A stretch of DNA of 56,309 bases. It comes from an uncultured Gammaproteobacteria bacterium. GTDB lineage: Bacteria; Patescibacteriota; Patescibacteriia; Magasanikbacterales; GWA2-37-8. The stretch spans positions 1 to 56,309 of the forward strand of contig CAZBWU010000006.1 of assembly GCA_964496095.1 (NCBI GenBank), read 5' to 3'. Below are positions 25,094 through 34,201 of this stretch, in pieces (the stretch's first letter is position 1; each line of letters opens with the position of its first letter). Position numbers and translations under genes: made by a program. The notes below the pieces were generated by a model. The model was not told the DNA's origin. It saw nothing but the letters and a program-made list of their open reading frames with translations, and did no database searches.

Positions 25094-27769
25094 ATGAGCA
25101 GGTTAATCATCATTGACGGCAATGCGATAATACACAGGGCCTATCATGCCATACCGCCTCTGACTACCAAGGACGGCAAAATGGTAAATGCTGTTTATGG
25201 ATTTACATCCATGCTTCTTAAAGTTTGGAAAGATTTAAAACCCGATCATATTGCGGTGACTTTTGATATGGCTGGGCCAACTTTTCGGCACGTGCAGTTC
25301 AAAGAATATAAAGCTACGCGTGTCAAAGCTGATCAGGCTCTCTATGACCAAATTCCATTGGTGCATGAAGTGGTAGAATCTTTTGATTTACCAATTTATG
25401 AAATGAAAGGCTATGAGGCTGATGATGTGATAGGAACGATAGTTGAAAAAACAAAAGGCAAAGCAGAGGTCTTTGTGGTGACGGGTGATATGGATACATT
25501 ACAGCTAGTGCAAGAAGGAGTTAAAGTTTATACGCTTCGCAAAGGCATAAGCGATATAGTTATCTACGATACTAAAGAGGTAGAAAACAGATTTGGCTTT
25601 GGTCCAGAAAAAATGGTGGACTATAAAGCCTTGCGCGGAGACACCTCAGATAATATTCCAGGCGTGCCTGGTATTGGCGAAAAAACAGCCACGGATTTGA
25701 TAAAGGCCTATGGCAGTATAGAAAATATTTACGACCAACTAAAAGATGAAAAGTCAAAAATTAAATCAGAGATAAAACCAGGTGTACTAAATAAATTAAC
25801 TGAAGGTGAGGCTAGTGCCAGAATGAGTTTTGAGCTGGCTAGTATTAATTGCGCTGTGCCAGATTTGGATTTCAAGTTAGAAAATTGCAAGATAAAAGAA
25901 TTTAATAAATCAAAAATAGAAGAATTGTTTCAAAAGTTTGAATTTGTTTCATTGTTAAAACGTGTGCCCGGGTTTGATGTGTCAGTGATGGAAAAAGAAA
26001 CCCACAAAAAGAAAAATGAAATAAAAATGGTTTTTTCGGAAATTAAAACAGAGGCAGAACTAGTCGGAATGACCAAGTTAATTGAAAAAGAAAAATCATT
26101 TGTTTGTCGACCAGTATTGAGTGGGAAAGAAGTTTTGGAAACAGATTTGTTAGGATTAATATTTGGCGTGCAAGAAAATTTGTTTTTTGTAGAGACAAAA
26201 ATGATTAAAAAAATCTTGCCGATTTTTCAAAATGAAGAGATTCAATTAGTTGGCCATGATTTGAAAGATTTGTTCAAAGCCCTCAAATTTAATTTTGAAG
26301 CAGAGATAAAAAATAATTTGTTTGATGTGATGGTCGCGTCATATCTTCTTAATCCCGGCAGTCGCGCACATGATATTACCAGTCTGTTATTAAAAGTATT
26401 AGGTAAAACCTTGGCGCAAAACACAGCCCAAACTAATTTATTTGGCGTAGATAAGAAAAACTTGGCCGAAGAATTATTCTTGGTTTCTCAGACCAAAGAA
26501 AAACTACAGACTGAGTTAGAACAAGTTGATAATCTGGGACTGTTTAAAACTATAGAAATGGCGCTTATTCCAGTTTTGGCGGAGATGGAAGTAAATGGCG
26601 TGGCTATCGATCTCAAGATGATGGAAAAACTGTCTAAGGAAGCGACCGAGAGTCTAGAAAAAATAACGGCAAAAATATATAAGTTTGCCGGCATGGAATT
26701 TAACATTGCTTCGCCCTTGCAATTACGAGAAGTATTGTTTGATAAGATGGGGCTTTCAGTGGCAGGCATCAAAAAAGGCAAGACTGGTCTGTCTACCTCG
26801 GCTGAAGAATTAGAAAAATTACGAGACCTGCATCCAATCATTCCTGAAATTTCAGAATATCGTGAGCTGGCCAAATTGCAAAATACCTATATAGATGTTT
26901 TGCCTACCCTAGTCAACAAAAAAACGCACCGTATTCATACTCATTATAATCAAACTATTGCCGCCACTGGTCGTCTGTCTAGCATTGATCCAAACCTGCA
27001 AAACATTCCGATTCGCACCGAACTTGGTCGCGCTGTCCGTAAAGCGTTTATTGCCGAGCCGGGCAATGTGCTGGTAAGCGCCGATTATTCTCAGATTGAA
27101 TTGCGTATTGTGGCATCTCTAGCTGAGGATAAAAAAATGATTGAGATTTTTAACAACGACGAAGATATTCATCAGGCGACCGCGGCGGCGATAAACAATG
27201 TTCCGCTCGATAAAGTGACTAAAGAAATGCGCTATGCAGCCAAAGAAGTAAATTTTGGTGTGCTCTACGGGATGGGTTCGTATGGGCTCAGTTGGCGTAC
27301 CGGCATTTCGCAGTTTGAAGCCAAAGATTTTATCAAAAAATATTTTGAAGCGTTTAGTGGGGTGCGTGAATATATTGATCGCACCTTAGAATTTACCAAA
27401 AAAGAAGGTTATTGCGAAACCTTATTTGGTCGTCGTCGTTATTTGCCAGAACTTAATGCCGGTAATTTTCAACTACGTGCCGCGGCGGAGAGAATGGCGG
27501 TTAATCATCCTATCCAAGGCACAGCTGCGGATTTGATGAAGATGGCGATGATAGAAGTACACAAACAACTAACAACTAACAATAAAGAATTAGCAAAAGA
27601 AACAAGAATGATTTTGCAGGTGCATGACGAGTTGGTTTTGGAAGTAAAAGAAAGTTTGGCGGCAGAAGTCGGTGAGTTGGTAAAAAAGACAATGGAAAAT
27701 GTGGTATCCCTGCGCGTGCCGATTAAAGTCGGGTTGAGCTCTAATCGTAGCTGGGGTGAGATGAAATAA
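25094..27769 (+). CDS. polA: DNA polymerase I
   Basis: IIIDGNA..HRAYHA 5'-exonuclease, GDTSDNIPGVPGIG, DYSQIELR, LQVHDELV. Confidence 0.97.
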   Translation: MSRLIIIDGNAIIHRAYHAIPPLTTKDGKMVNAVYGFTSMLLKVWKDLKPDHIAVTFDMAGPTFRHVQFKEYKATRVKADQALYDQIPLVHEVVESFDLPIYEMKGYEADDVIGTIVEKTKGKAEVFVVTGDMDTLQLVQEGVKVYTLRKGISDIVIYDTKEVENRFGFGPEKMVDYKALRGDTSDNIPGVPGIGEKTATDLIKAYGSIENIYDQLKDEKSKIKSEIKPGVLNKLTEGEASARMSFELASINCAVPDLDFKLENCKIKEFNKSKIEELFQKFEFVSLLKRVPGFDVSVMEKETHKKKNEIKMVFSEIKTEAELVGMTKLIEKEKSFVCRPVLSGKEVLETDLLGLIFGVQENLFFVETKMIKKILPIFQNEEIQLVGHDLKDLFKALKFNFEAEIKNNLFDVMVASYLLNPGSRAHDITSLLLKVLGKTLAQNTAQTNLFGVDKKNLAEELFLVSQTKEKLQTELEQVDNLGLFKTIEMALIPVLAEMEVNGVAIDLKMMEKLSKEATESLEKITAKIYKFAGMEFNIASPLQLREVLFDKMGLSVAGIKKGKTGLSTSAEELEKLRDLHPIIPEISEYRELAKLQNTYIDVLPTLVNKKTHRIHTHYNQTIAATGRLSSIDPNLQNIPIRTELGRAVRKAFIAEPGNVLVSADYSQIELRIVASLAEDKKMIEIFNNDEDIHQATAAAINNVPLDKVTKEMRYAAKEVNFGVLYGMGSYGLSWRTGISQFEAKDFIKKYFEAFSGVREYIDRTLEFTKKEGYCETLFGRRRYLPELNAGNFQLRAAAERMAVNHPIQGTAADLMKMAMIEVHKQLTTNNKELAKETRMILQVHDELVLEVKESLAAEVGELVKKTMENVVSLRVPIKVGLSSNRSWGEMK

Positions 27770-27826
27770 AAAAATTATTTATAAACAAAAAACCCCTTCC
27801 GTACAGGTTGGGATTTTTTGTTTAGG

Positions 27827-28651
27827 CTAGTTATTTTGTTTTGGCATTATTTTGTTGGTGGATAGATCTTTGTAGTTTCCCATCAGTGGTACGCCCTTGG
27901 TGAATATGTATGTACCATCTTCGGCAATATCACCAACTTGATCCCAAACAGATTTTAGTTGTTGGTATTCTGGTAAATCCCCAGACAAAATAAATGTTGG
28001 GATCAGACTGATCTTGTATTTATTTACCAACTCTTTTCCTGTTTCGGAATTAATATCAATTGTTTGTGGCGCTGTATTTATGCCAAAGCCTGCCAAGATA
28101 GTGGCGTGAGCAGAAGAATCATAGCAGTCTGTGCAAGACTGATCAGTAATTAGAGTAAAATTAATCTTTCCCTTTATCTCCCCTGTTTCTGTTAGGCTGT
28201 ATGGCGGATTAACCTTGCGAAACACAAACGATTTTTTGGTAATATCACCTGCTTGGGAGAAGAAATCCTTTAGGGTTTGATTCCTGTCAAGATCTCCTGA
28301 GATAATAAAAGTGGGAAGTTTCTGGATAGAGAATTTTTTGATCAGACTTTTTGCCTTCCGATCATTTTTTTCGTAGGTTTTTTCTGAGATTATTTTTACA
28401 TTTTGTTTTTTTATCTGTTCTGTGAGCGTGGTTATATCAAAACAGTTGGCACAATCTTTATCTGTAATGATTGTCAGAGATATACTGGTTGGCAGGCTTG
28501 CGTTAGCTGCTCTGGTTATTTTTTCACTAGCCCCGGCGTCCATTTTGATAAATAGTAGAGCAATGAGAGCTGAGCCCCCAATTATCCCAATCACGCTTCC
28601 AAGTAAAAACCAATTATTGATTTTCATTTTTTCTATTAATTCTTTAAGCAT
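27827..28651 (-). CDS. Membrane-anchored protein with two CxxC thioredoxin-like modules
   Basis: Repeated ITD..C..C motif (CANC, CTDC) and cis-Pro-like KLPTF/LIPTF; ATG 28651 preferred. Confidence 0.65.
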   Translation of the reverse strand: MLKELIEKMKINNWFLLGSVIGIIGGSALIALLFIKMDAGASEKITRAANASLPTSISLTIITDKDCANCFDITTLTEQIKKQNVKIISEKTYEKNDRKAKSLIKKFSIQKLPTFIISGDLDRNQTLKDFFSQAGDITKKSFVFRKVNPPYSLTETGEIKGKINFTLITDQSCTDCYDSSAHATILAGFGINTAPQTIDINSETGKELVNKYKISLIPTFILSGDLPEYQQLKSVWDQVGDIAEDGTYIFTKGVPLMGNYKDLSTNKIMPKQNN

Positions 28652-28655
28652 AGGC

Positions 28656-29492
28656 TTATCCCCCGCAAGCGGCTCCGCTATCAACATTTTGCGCCAAACC
28701 AGTACCAAATCCAGGCTGAGGTGAGGAAGCGGAGAGAGCCTGTTCACATTCGCTAGGGGCGTTTTCAAATGCTGCGCAGACCACAGATTTTATTGCATCA
28801 GGAGTACGGCCAGCATCAACTTGCACTCCATTTATAACTAGAGTTGGCGATCCTTGAACCCCATATTTTGTATTTAGTTCCTCATCGATTGGGTAGATAG
28901 GATAACGACCGCTTAGCCAAGTGCTTTGATCGTTAAACTTGTCCAAAATGCCAAACTCTTTATTAGCCTTATCGACACAACTATTAATCTTGCTTTCGTT
29001 TAAGCCTGATAATTTCATACAGCCGGCAGTATCACCTTCGGCAGAATAACAATCAAGATATTTGTAGAACTTATCCTTGTCTTGTTGTTGGGCACAATAT
29101 TGGCGAGTGTTCTCGTCCACCTCTTCTTTTCCGTGCATTGCATAGGAAACAAATTTGATATCAAAATCAGCTTTTTTCTTGAGCAAGTCATAAGCAGGGA
29201 TAAAAGCTTTTTCCATCTGTAGACCATATGGACATTTTGACATTACAAACAGTTCCACCTTTGGTTTTTTAGTTTTTGGTATGTTGGTTGGGATAGGGGC
29301 GCTAGGTACGGTGGCGGTATCTTGAGGGTTTGTTTGGGCTGCTTGCTGGTAGGTGCCACCGACATTTTGAGCAACAGTATTGTTGCGTAGTAAAACTGGA
29401 GTCAAGAAACTAAAACCAATAATGGCGGTTAGTCCCATGCCCGAAAGGATTCCAAAAAGGAAACCTTGTTTGCCTGACAAATTCTCAAACAT
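28656..29492 (-). CDS. Membrane-anchored thioredoxin/DsbA-fold protein
   Basis: VELFVMSKCPYG, GVQGSPTLVING, several paired Cys. Confidence 0.7.
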   Translation of the reverse strand: MFENLSGKQGFLFGILSGMGLTAIIGFSFLTPVLLRNNTVAQNVGGTYQQAAQTNPQDTATVPSAPIPTNIPKTKKPKVELFVMSKCPYGLQMEKAFIPAYDLLKKKADFDIKFVSYAMHGKEEVDENTRQYCAQQQDKDKFYKYLDCYSAEGDTAGCMKLSGLNESKINSCVDKANKEFGILDKFNDQSTWLSGRYPIYPIDEELNTKYGVQGSPTLVINGVQVDAGRTPDAIKSVVCAAFENAPSECEQALSASSPQPGFGTGLAQNVDSGAACGG

Positions 29493-29529
29493 ATTTTAAG
29501 GAATTAAAATTAGTAAATTAATATTATTC

Positions 29530-29546
29530 TACTACGTATTGTAGTA
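29530..29546. promoter_or_regulatory. BlaI-type operator
   Basis: TACTAC-GTATT-GTAGTA upstream of the thioredoxin-fold genes. Confidence 0.7.
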
Positions 29547-29572
29547 TCTAAGTTATGAATTGTCAAAGAAAG

Positions 29573-30607
29573 TTATCCACCTGTTTCTATTCTACTCTGG
29601 TTCTGTAAACTTTGGAAATATTTTATGATTTCAGAATTAGAATTTTTTTGGCATTTTTCAATTAGAACAATATCCTGGCATTTACCGTTTGGTAAAAGAG
29701 CGGTGCTGTTTGGTGGAGGTGTTAATTGAGGTGGTAGTAACAACAAAATCATTATAATTATAGTCAAACCTGGTATTGCTCGCAAGGCTTCTCGGACAAA
29801 AGTTGGTTGGAATTTTATATTACTTAGAGCTAGAATTCGTTCCTCGGTGATTTGGCTAAAGTAAGACAGGTTAAGCCCTGTTTGTAAAATTCGTCTCTCT
29901 TCGAGATCAAGAACTTTGGCCATGGCTGAGGCTAAATGCTGCTTGGTTTGAAAATTATCGGTTGCCAACTCGTCGGCAGCAATTTCTGAAAAAGATAAGT
30001 ATTTTTGTGTAAGATTTTTGATGCCAGGTATAAAAGAAAAGGTACTAATAAATCTGACTGCTAGTAGTCTAGCCGGTTCTCTCGTTTGCAGATGGTGGCT
30101 TTCGTGTAGGATTGCCGCTTTTAATTCGCTAAAGCCTAGGTTTTGTACGATAGTAGACGAGACATATATATGGGAGCGCCAAATGCCATGGCAAAAAATA
30201 ATTGGCTTGGCAGAATCGATTTGAGTTATATTTTTTTCCAGGTTTGTCTGTCTGGCAATTTGCGCAAGCTTGGGAGAAAGAATTTGTTTTTTGTTTTTCT
30301 CTAAACCGATAAACTTGTTTGTTTTAAATACGCTTAGAATAATTTTTAAAACCCCAATAATCAAAACAGATCCGATTGCTACAGCCAATAAAGACAAGAA
30401 TCCAAGTAAAAAATAATTATTTTGCGTCGGTGTTATTTGACAGCCACAGGCTAGCTCTGCGTTTTGCAAGACCGCCTTGCCAATAAAAGCAAAAACAAAA
30501 TTATATATTTTATAAAGTATAAGCAAAAACAAAGATGTTAAAACAGATCCTAGAAAAATTATCTCTATAAAGATCAGGTTAGATTTTTGTCTGAGGTTGA
30601 GAGCCAT
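29573..30607 (-). CDS. M56-family (BlaR1/MecR1-like) membrane metalloprotease
   Basis: AAILHESHH (HExxH), EIAADE, downstream of blaI; no penicillin-binding sensor domain. Confidence 0.85.
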   Translation of the reverse strand: MALNLRQKSNLIFIEIIFLGSVLTSLFLLILYKIYNFVFAFIGKAVLQNAELACGCQITPTQNNYFLLGFLSLLAVAIGSVLIIGVLKIILSVFKTNKFIGLEKNKKQILSPKLAQIARQTNLEKNITQIDSAKPIIFCHGIWRSHIYVSSTIVQNLGFSELKAAILHESHHLQTREPARLLAVRFISTFSFIPGIKNLTQKYLSFSEIAADELATDNFQTKQHLASAMAKVLDLEERRILQTGLNLSYFSQITEERILALSNIKFQPTFVREALRAIPGLTIIIMILLLLPPQLTPPPNSTALLPNGKCQDIVLIEKCQKNSNSEIIKYFQSLQNQSRIETGG

Positions 30608-30610
30608 ATC

Positions 30611-30991
30611 TTATTTTATATTTCTGAGCCTCTTTCTCCACTCACTCGATTTTTTGAAATTACCTGCTTCCACAATATCTATAAATCTGGCCACAGCCAC
30701 CTCGCCACAATTTTTTATAAGGTCTTTGATGACTCGTTCAGAGATCTTGTCCAAAAATTTTTCTTTACTTTGCGCCGGAGAATAAATATATGATCCGTTT
30801 TCATGCAGACGACGATGAAGAATGCCTTTGGTATGAAGGCGGGACATGATAGTCATGACAGTGGTATAGGCAAGCTCTCTTTTTTTCTTGAGCTTATCAA
30901 AAATGCAACGCACGGAGGCATTATTTTCTTTCCAAATAATTTGCATTATCTCTTCTTCCAAGCTGCCGAGGTTTGATTGGGTATTTTTCAT
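30611..30991 (-). CDS. BlaI/MecI/CopY-family repressor
   Basis: LGSLEEEIMQIIW, AYTTVMTIMSRLHTKGIL.R. Confidence 0.92.
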   Translation of the reverse strand: MKNTQSNLGSLEEEIMQIIWKENNASVRCIFDKLKKKRELAYTTVMTIMSRLHTKGILHRRLHENGSYIYSPAQSKEKFLDKISERVIKDLIKNCGEVAVARFIDIVEAGNFKKSSEWRKRLRNIK

Positions 30992-31003
30992 ATGGGTTTT
31001 TTA

Positions 31004-31034
31004 TCCCCTCCTTTCCAAGGAGGGGTAGGGGTGG
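31004..31034. repeat. REP-like palindrome
   Basis: TCCCCTCCTT-TCC-AAGGAGGGG-TAGGGGTGG. Confidence 0.55.
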
Positions 31035-31067
31035 TTTGCCGAGGCAATTAAGTTTAATAAAATTTTC

Positions 31068-31084
31068 TACTACAACCCGTAGTA
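31068..31084. promoter_or_regulatory. BlaI-type operator (autoregulatory)
   Basis: TACTAC-AACCC-GTAGTA upstream of blaI. Confidence 0.7.
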
Positions 31085-31187
31085 TAGCATATAACAAAAA
31101 AAGCACGCAAGGTGCATACAATAAAATATAAAAACAGGCAAGATAAGTTGCCTGTTTTTATATTTTATTGTATGTGGATCTAGTATT

Positions 31188-31523
31188 TTAGCAAGGTCTC
31201 CCGTCACCCGTTGTACAATTTGTTTGAGTAATGACTAAGCATCTCTCACCTGAAGCGCAACATTTTTTACGCAATGATCCTTCGGTTGGTAAAGTTTGGC
31301 ACTCCCCACATTTTTTGTCTTCGTCTAAATTACAGTTTACCGTTCTTTCTTGGTAATTATTTGACCAGTCATATACTTCGTTATTATATGGTAATGCGAT
31401 TAGAGTAACAGTGGAATCGTTCGTAGATACTGCAAAAACTGTTTCTGCTAATTTGATAAAAAATACCATACTTGTAACTGCTAAGACTGATAAGATTCCA
31501 ACGACAAACAATTTTTGCTTCAT
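31188..31523 (-). CDS. Small exported Cys-rich hypothetical protein
   Basis: N-terminal hydrophobic segment, eight Cys in the C-terminal half, strong terminator at ~31122-31166. Confidence 0.6.
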   Translation of the reverse strand: MKQKLFVVGILSVLAVTSMVFFIKLAETVFAVSTNDSTVTLIALPYNNEVYDWSNNYQERTVNCNLDEDKKCGECQTLPTEGSLRKKCCASGERCLVITQTNCTTGDGRPC

Positions 31524-31725
31524 ACTATGCTTAGTTAATGATTAAACCCTTTTAATTTAATGTCGAACCTTACTCTATTTCTGTTATTTTGTCAATATAT
31601 CAATTGTGGATAATCGAGTGCTTCAAAATTTATTATGCTGTAAAAAGGTCCCCCTTTTGTAAATATTCAGTATTTAAGCCTAAATAAGCTAGATAGTTTA
31701 AGTTGGTTGTCAAGTTAGAATACCT

Positions 31726-31789
31726 AGTTTACAAGTTAGTTAACAAGTTCAGTATTTTAGTTGACAAGTTTGAAGAAAAATGCTATAAT
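31726..31789 (+). promoter_or_regulatory. Promoter with AGTTNACAAGTT direct-repeat operator array
   Basis: Repeats at 31726, 31738 and 31759; the third overlaps TTGACA of TTGACA-17nt-TATAAT. Confidence 0.65.
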
Positions 31790-31815
31790 TATAGGGTAAA
31801 TTTAGCTAGATTATT

Positions 31816-32823
31816 ATGTTAGAAAAAATCTTACAATTCATCGCCCAAAATAAAGAAGCCTCCACCAAAGAACTGCTTAGTTTAAGCGGGTTTAGTCGGA
31901 CTTACTTGAATCGGCTTCTTAATCAGCTTATCCAAGAAAAAAAGATTCTGCGTTTGGGACAAACCAATCGCACTCATTATGTTTTGTTTGATGAAAAAAT
32001 ACTGGAGGAAGCTTCTCAGATTTGGCGTAAAGATTTGATAAATCAAAATTTGAGTGAAGATCAGGTTTTTCGAGATTTCAAAAACACATCTAGTCTTTTG
32101 GTAGATGTGCCACAAACAACGGTAAATATTTTGGAGTATGCTTTTACGGAAATGTTAAATAACGCTATTGATCACTCTGGTTCAACAAAAATATCAGTTG
32201 AGTTTAAGAAAGAATCTGGTAATATTATTTTCTCTGTTAGAGATTTTGGTGTAGGGGTATTTAATAACATTATGAAGTTCCACGGCCTTAAAAATGAGTA
32301 TGAAGCGATTCAGGATCTCTTAAAAGGCAAGCAAACAACCGCTCGGGGGTTCCATTCCGGAGAAGGTATATTTTTTACCTCTAAGATCGCTGATGTTTTT
32401 TCACTTGCCAGCGAACAAACCGAACTGCGAATTGATAATAATATTAATGATATTTTTATTGTGCCCCAGAGGCGAGATCATGGCACAAAGGTTGTGTTTA
32501 CAATTGGTATTATGTCTAATAAAAAGCTAACCGACGTTTTTGCGCGGTTTGCGGATGTTGATAGCGGTTTTACCAAAACAGAAATCCAAGTTAAGTTGTA
32601 TAACCTTGATACAATTTTTATTTCTCGTTCACAGGCGAGAAGACTTTTGGCAGGCTTAGAAAAATTTAAAGAGGTAGTTTTGGATTTTGCTAAAGTTGAA
32701 ACAGTTGGACAAGGATTTGCCGATGAAATATTTCGCGTGTATCAAAATGCTCACCCGGATAAAAAAATTTCTTACATTAACGCCATTCCTGAAATTGAGT
32801 TTATGATTAAGCGAGTTGGATAA
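31816..32823 (+). CDS. HTH + HATPase-like + DUF4325 (STAS-like) protein
   Basis: N-terminal wHTH, EMLNNAIDHS, DFGVG, HSGEGIFF, SRSQARR..LDF..V..VGQGFADEIF. Confidence 0.8.
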   Translation: MLEKILQFIAQNKEASTKELLSLSGFSRTYLNRLLNQLIQEKKILRLGQTNRTHYVLFDEKILEEASQIWRKDLINQNLSEDQVFRDFKNTSSLLVDVPQTTVNILEYAFTEMLNNAIDHSGSTKISVEFKKESGNIIFSVRDFGVGVFNNIMKFHGLKNEYEAIQDLLKGKQTTARGFHSGEGIFFTSKIADVFSLASEQTELRIDNNINDIFIVPQRRDHGTKVVFTIGIMSNKKLTDVFARFADVDSGFTKTEIQVKLYNLDTIFISRSQARRLLAGLEKFKEVVLDFAKVETVGQGFADEIFRVYQNAHPDKKISYINAIPEIEFMIKRVG

Positions 32824-32938
32824 TTTTAAGCAAAAGTCTCGGCGACGGCACCGTGTGGTATCGTCGCCGGCCGGGAAGGCAGTAGGTTGGCGCAGGTTCG
32901 CTCGCGCGAGCCTGGCGTTTTCTGCCTTTGTAGACGTG

Positions 32939-33097
32939 CTAGCCGTCGAGATCCGGCAAACGCGGCCTGTCCTCATCCCGTCCCGGTCGCCAGGGAAGGG
33001 GCTGGTCGCCTCGCCGTCTCGGTCGTGGCCGTGGCCGCGGACCTCCTTGATTCGGTGGTGGCGGAGCCTCCATGTCAGGGGGGATCGTCTCGCTCAT
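32939..33097 (-). CDS. GC-rich 52-aa Pro/Arg-rich peptide
   Basis: GGAGG RBS before ATG; MSETIPPDMEAPPPPNQGGPRPRPRPRRRGDQPLPWRPGRDEDRPRLPDLDG*; downstream GC hairpin. Confidence 0.5.
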   Translation of the reverse strand: MSETIPPDMEAPPPPNQGGPRPRPRPRRRGDQPLPWRPGRDEDRPRLPDLDG

Positions 33098-33233
33098 CGT
33101 TCCTCCAGGACACCCCTTTTTAGGGGGGGTCAAATTGGTGAGTATACAAAAAATACTGTTTTTTTTAAGTTTTGTCAATGCCCAGCATGCCTTGTTTGCT
33201 ATATTTTTGTTTTGGCATTAAAATTGTATCCAT

Positions 33234-34199
33234 ATGATTATCTATATCTACGGTGAAGATACATTTTCTAGCCGGCATTACCTCGCTCAACAAATAGACA
33301 GGTTCAAAAAAGAACGAGACCCGCAAGGAATGAACGTGGTTGTTTTGGATGGGCAAAAGGAAGAAAGTGGGCGGTTATGGTCTGAGATTACAGCCACGCC
33401 TTTTTTGGCAGAGAAGAGATTAATTGTTATTCAGAATTTATTATCTAACAAAGACACAGATACTTTAGAATCTTTTATTGAAGGGGTTAAAGAAAATAAG
33501 TTACCTGAAAAAAATGTGATAATTTTTTGGCAGGGTGAGTCAATTGGCAAAACAAAAATTGCTCAAGAACTGCAAAAATTATTAGCCAAAGAAAAATGGG
33601 CCAAAGAGTTTGCTTCGCTTGCCGGCGCCTCTATGGCCAATTGGATAAAAACAGAAGTTACCAGTCGTGGCGGTACTATCAACATGCAAGCCTTGAATTA
33701 TTTGGCGCAAAACACGGGCGGAGATATGTGGTATGCTAATTCGTTGGTAGATCAGCTCGTGGCGTATAGTAATAAAAAAGAAATATCTCTGGGTGATGTG
33801 CAGTTATTTTTGGAAGAAAAAGCCGACGATAATATTTTTAATATGGTAGACGCGATTGTGGTTGGTAACCGCAAATTAGCCTTCAAACTCATAGAAGATC
33901 AGCGCCGATTGGGCCAAGAAGATGGATATTTATTTAGTATGATTGTGCGTCAGTTTCGCATTCTTATTTCTATGCGGGATTTGTTCAATCGCGAAGAGAA
34001 TATTTCTAGCGACAGTATGGCTAAAGCCTTGGAGCTACATCCGTTTGTAGTAAAAAAAAGTTTGCCACTCATCAAACGGTTTTCTTTGGATAAACTAAAA
34101 GATATTTATAAACAACTTTTGGATTTAGATATAAAAACAAAGACCGGTCTTGCGGACCAGTCTTGGCTGATTGATTTGTTCGTAGGAAAACTTTCTTAA
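33234..34199 (+). CDS. holA: DNA polymerase III delta subunit
   Basis: IYIYGED.F, PFLAEKRLIVI, NIFNMVDAI, HPFVVKK. Confidence 0.92.
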   Translation: MIIYIYGEDTFSSRHYLAQQIDRFKKERDPQGMNVVVLDGQKEESGRLWSEITATPFLAEKRLIVIQNLLSNKDTDTLESFIEGVKENKLPEKNVIIFWQGESIGKTKIAQELQKLLAKEKWAKEFASLAGASMANWIKTEVTSRGGTINMQALNYLAQNTGGDMWYANSLVDQLVAYSNKKEISLGDVQLFLEEKADDNIFNMVDAIVVGNRKLAFKLIEDQRRLGQEDGYLFSMIVRQFRILISMRDLFNREENISSDSMAKALELHPFVVKKSLPLIKRFSLDKLKDIYKQLLDLDIKTKTGLADQSWLIDLFVGKLS

Positions 34200-34201
34200 A
34201 A

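Noticed and set aside
28652-28768. Upstream extension of the CxxC protein and CCCCGCAAGCGG as an element
   Set aside because: Overlaps the coding 3' end of the upstream gene (DSGAACGG*); no element fold
32816-33256. 146-aa and 106-aa ORFs across the third GC island
   Set aside because: They straddle composition boundaries and overlap neighbouring genes, with no RBS support
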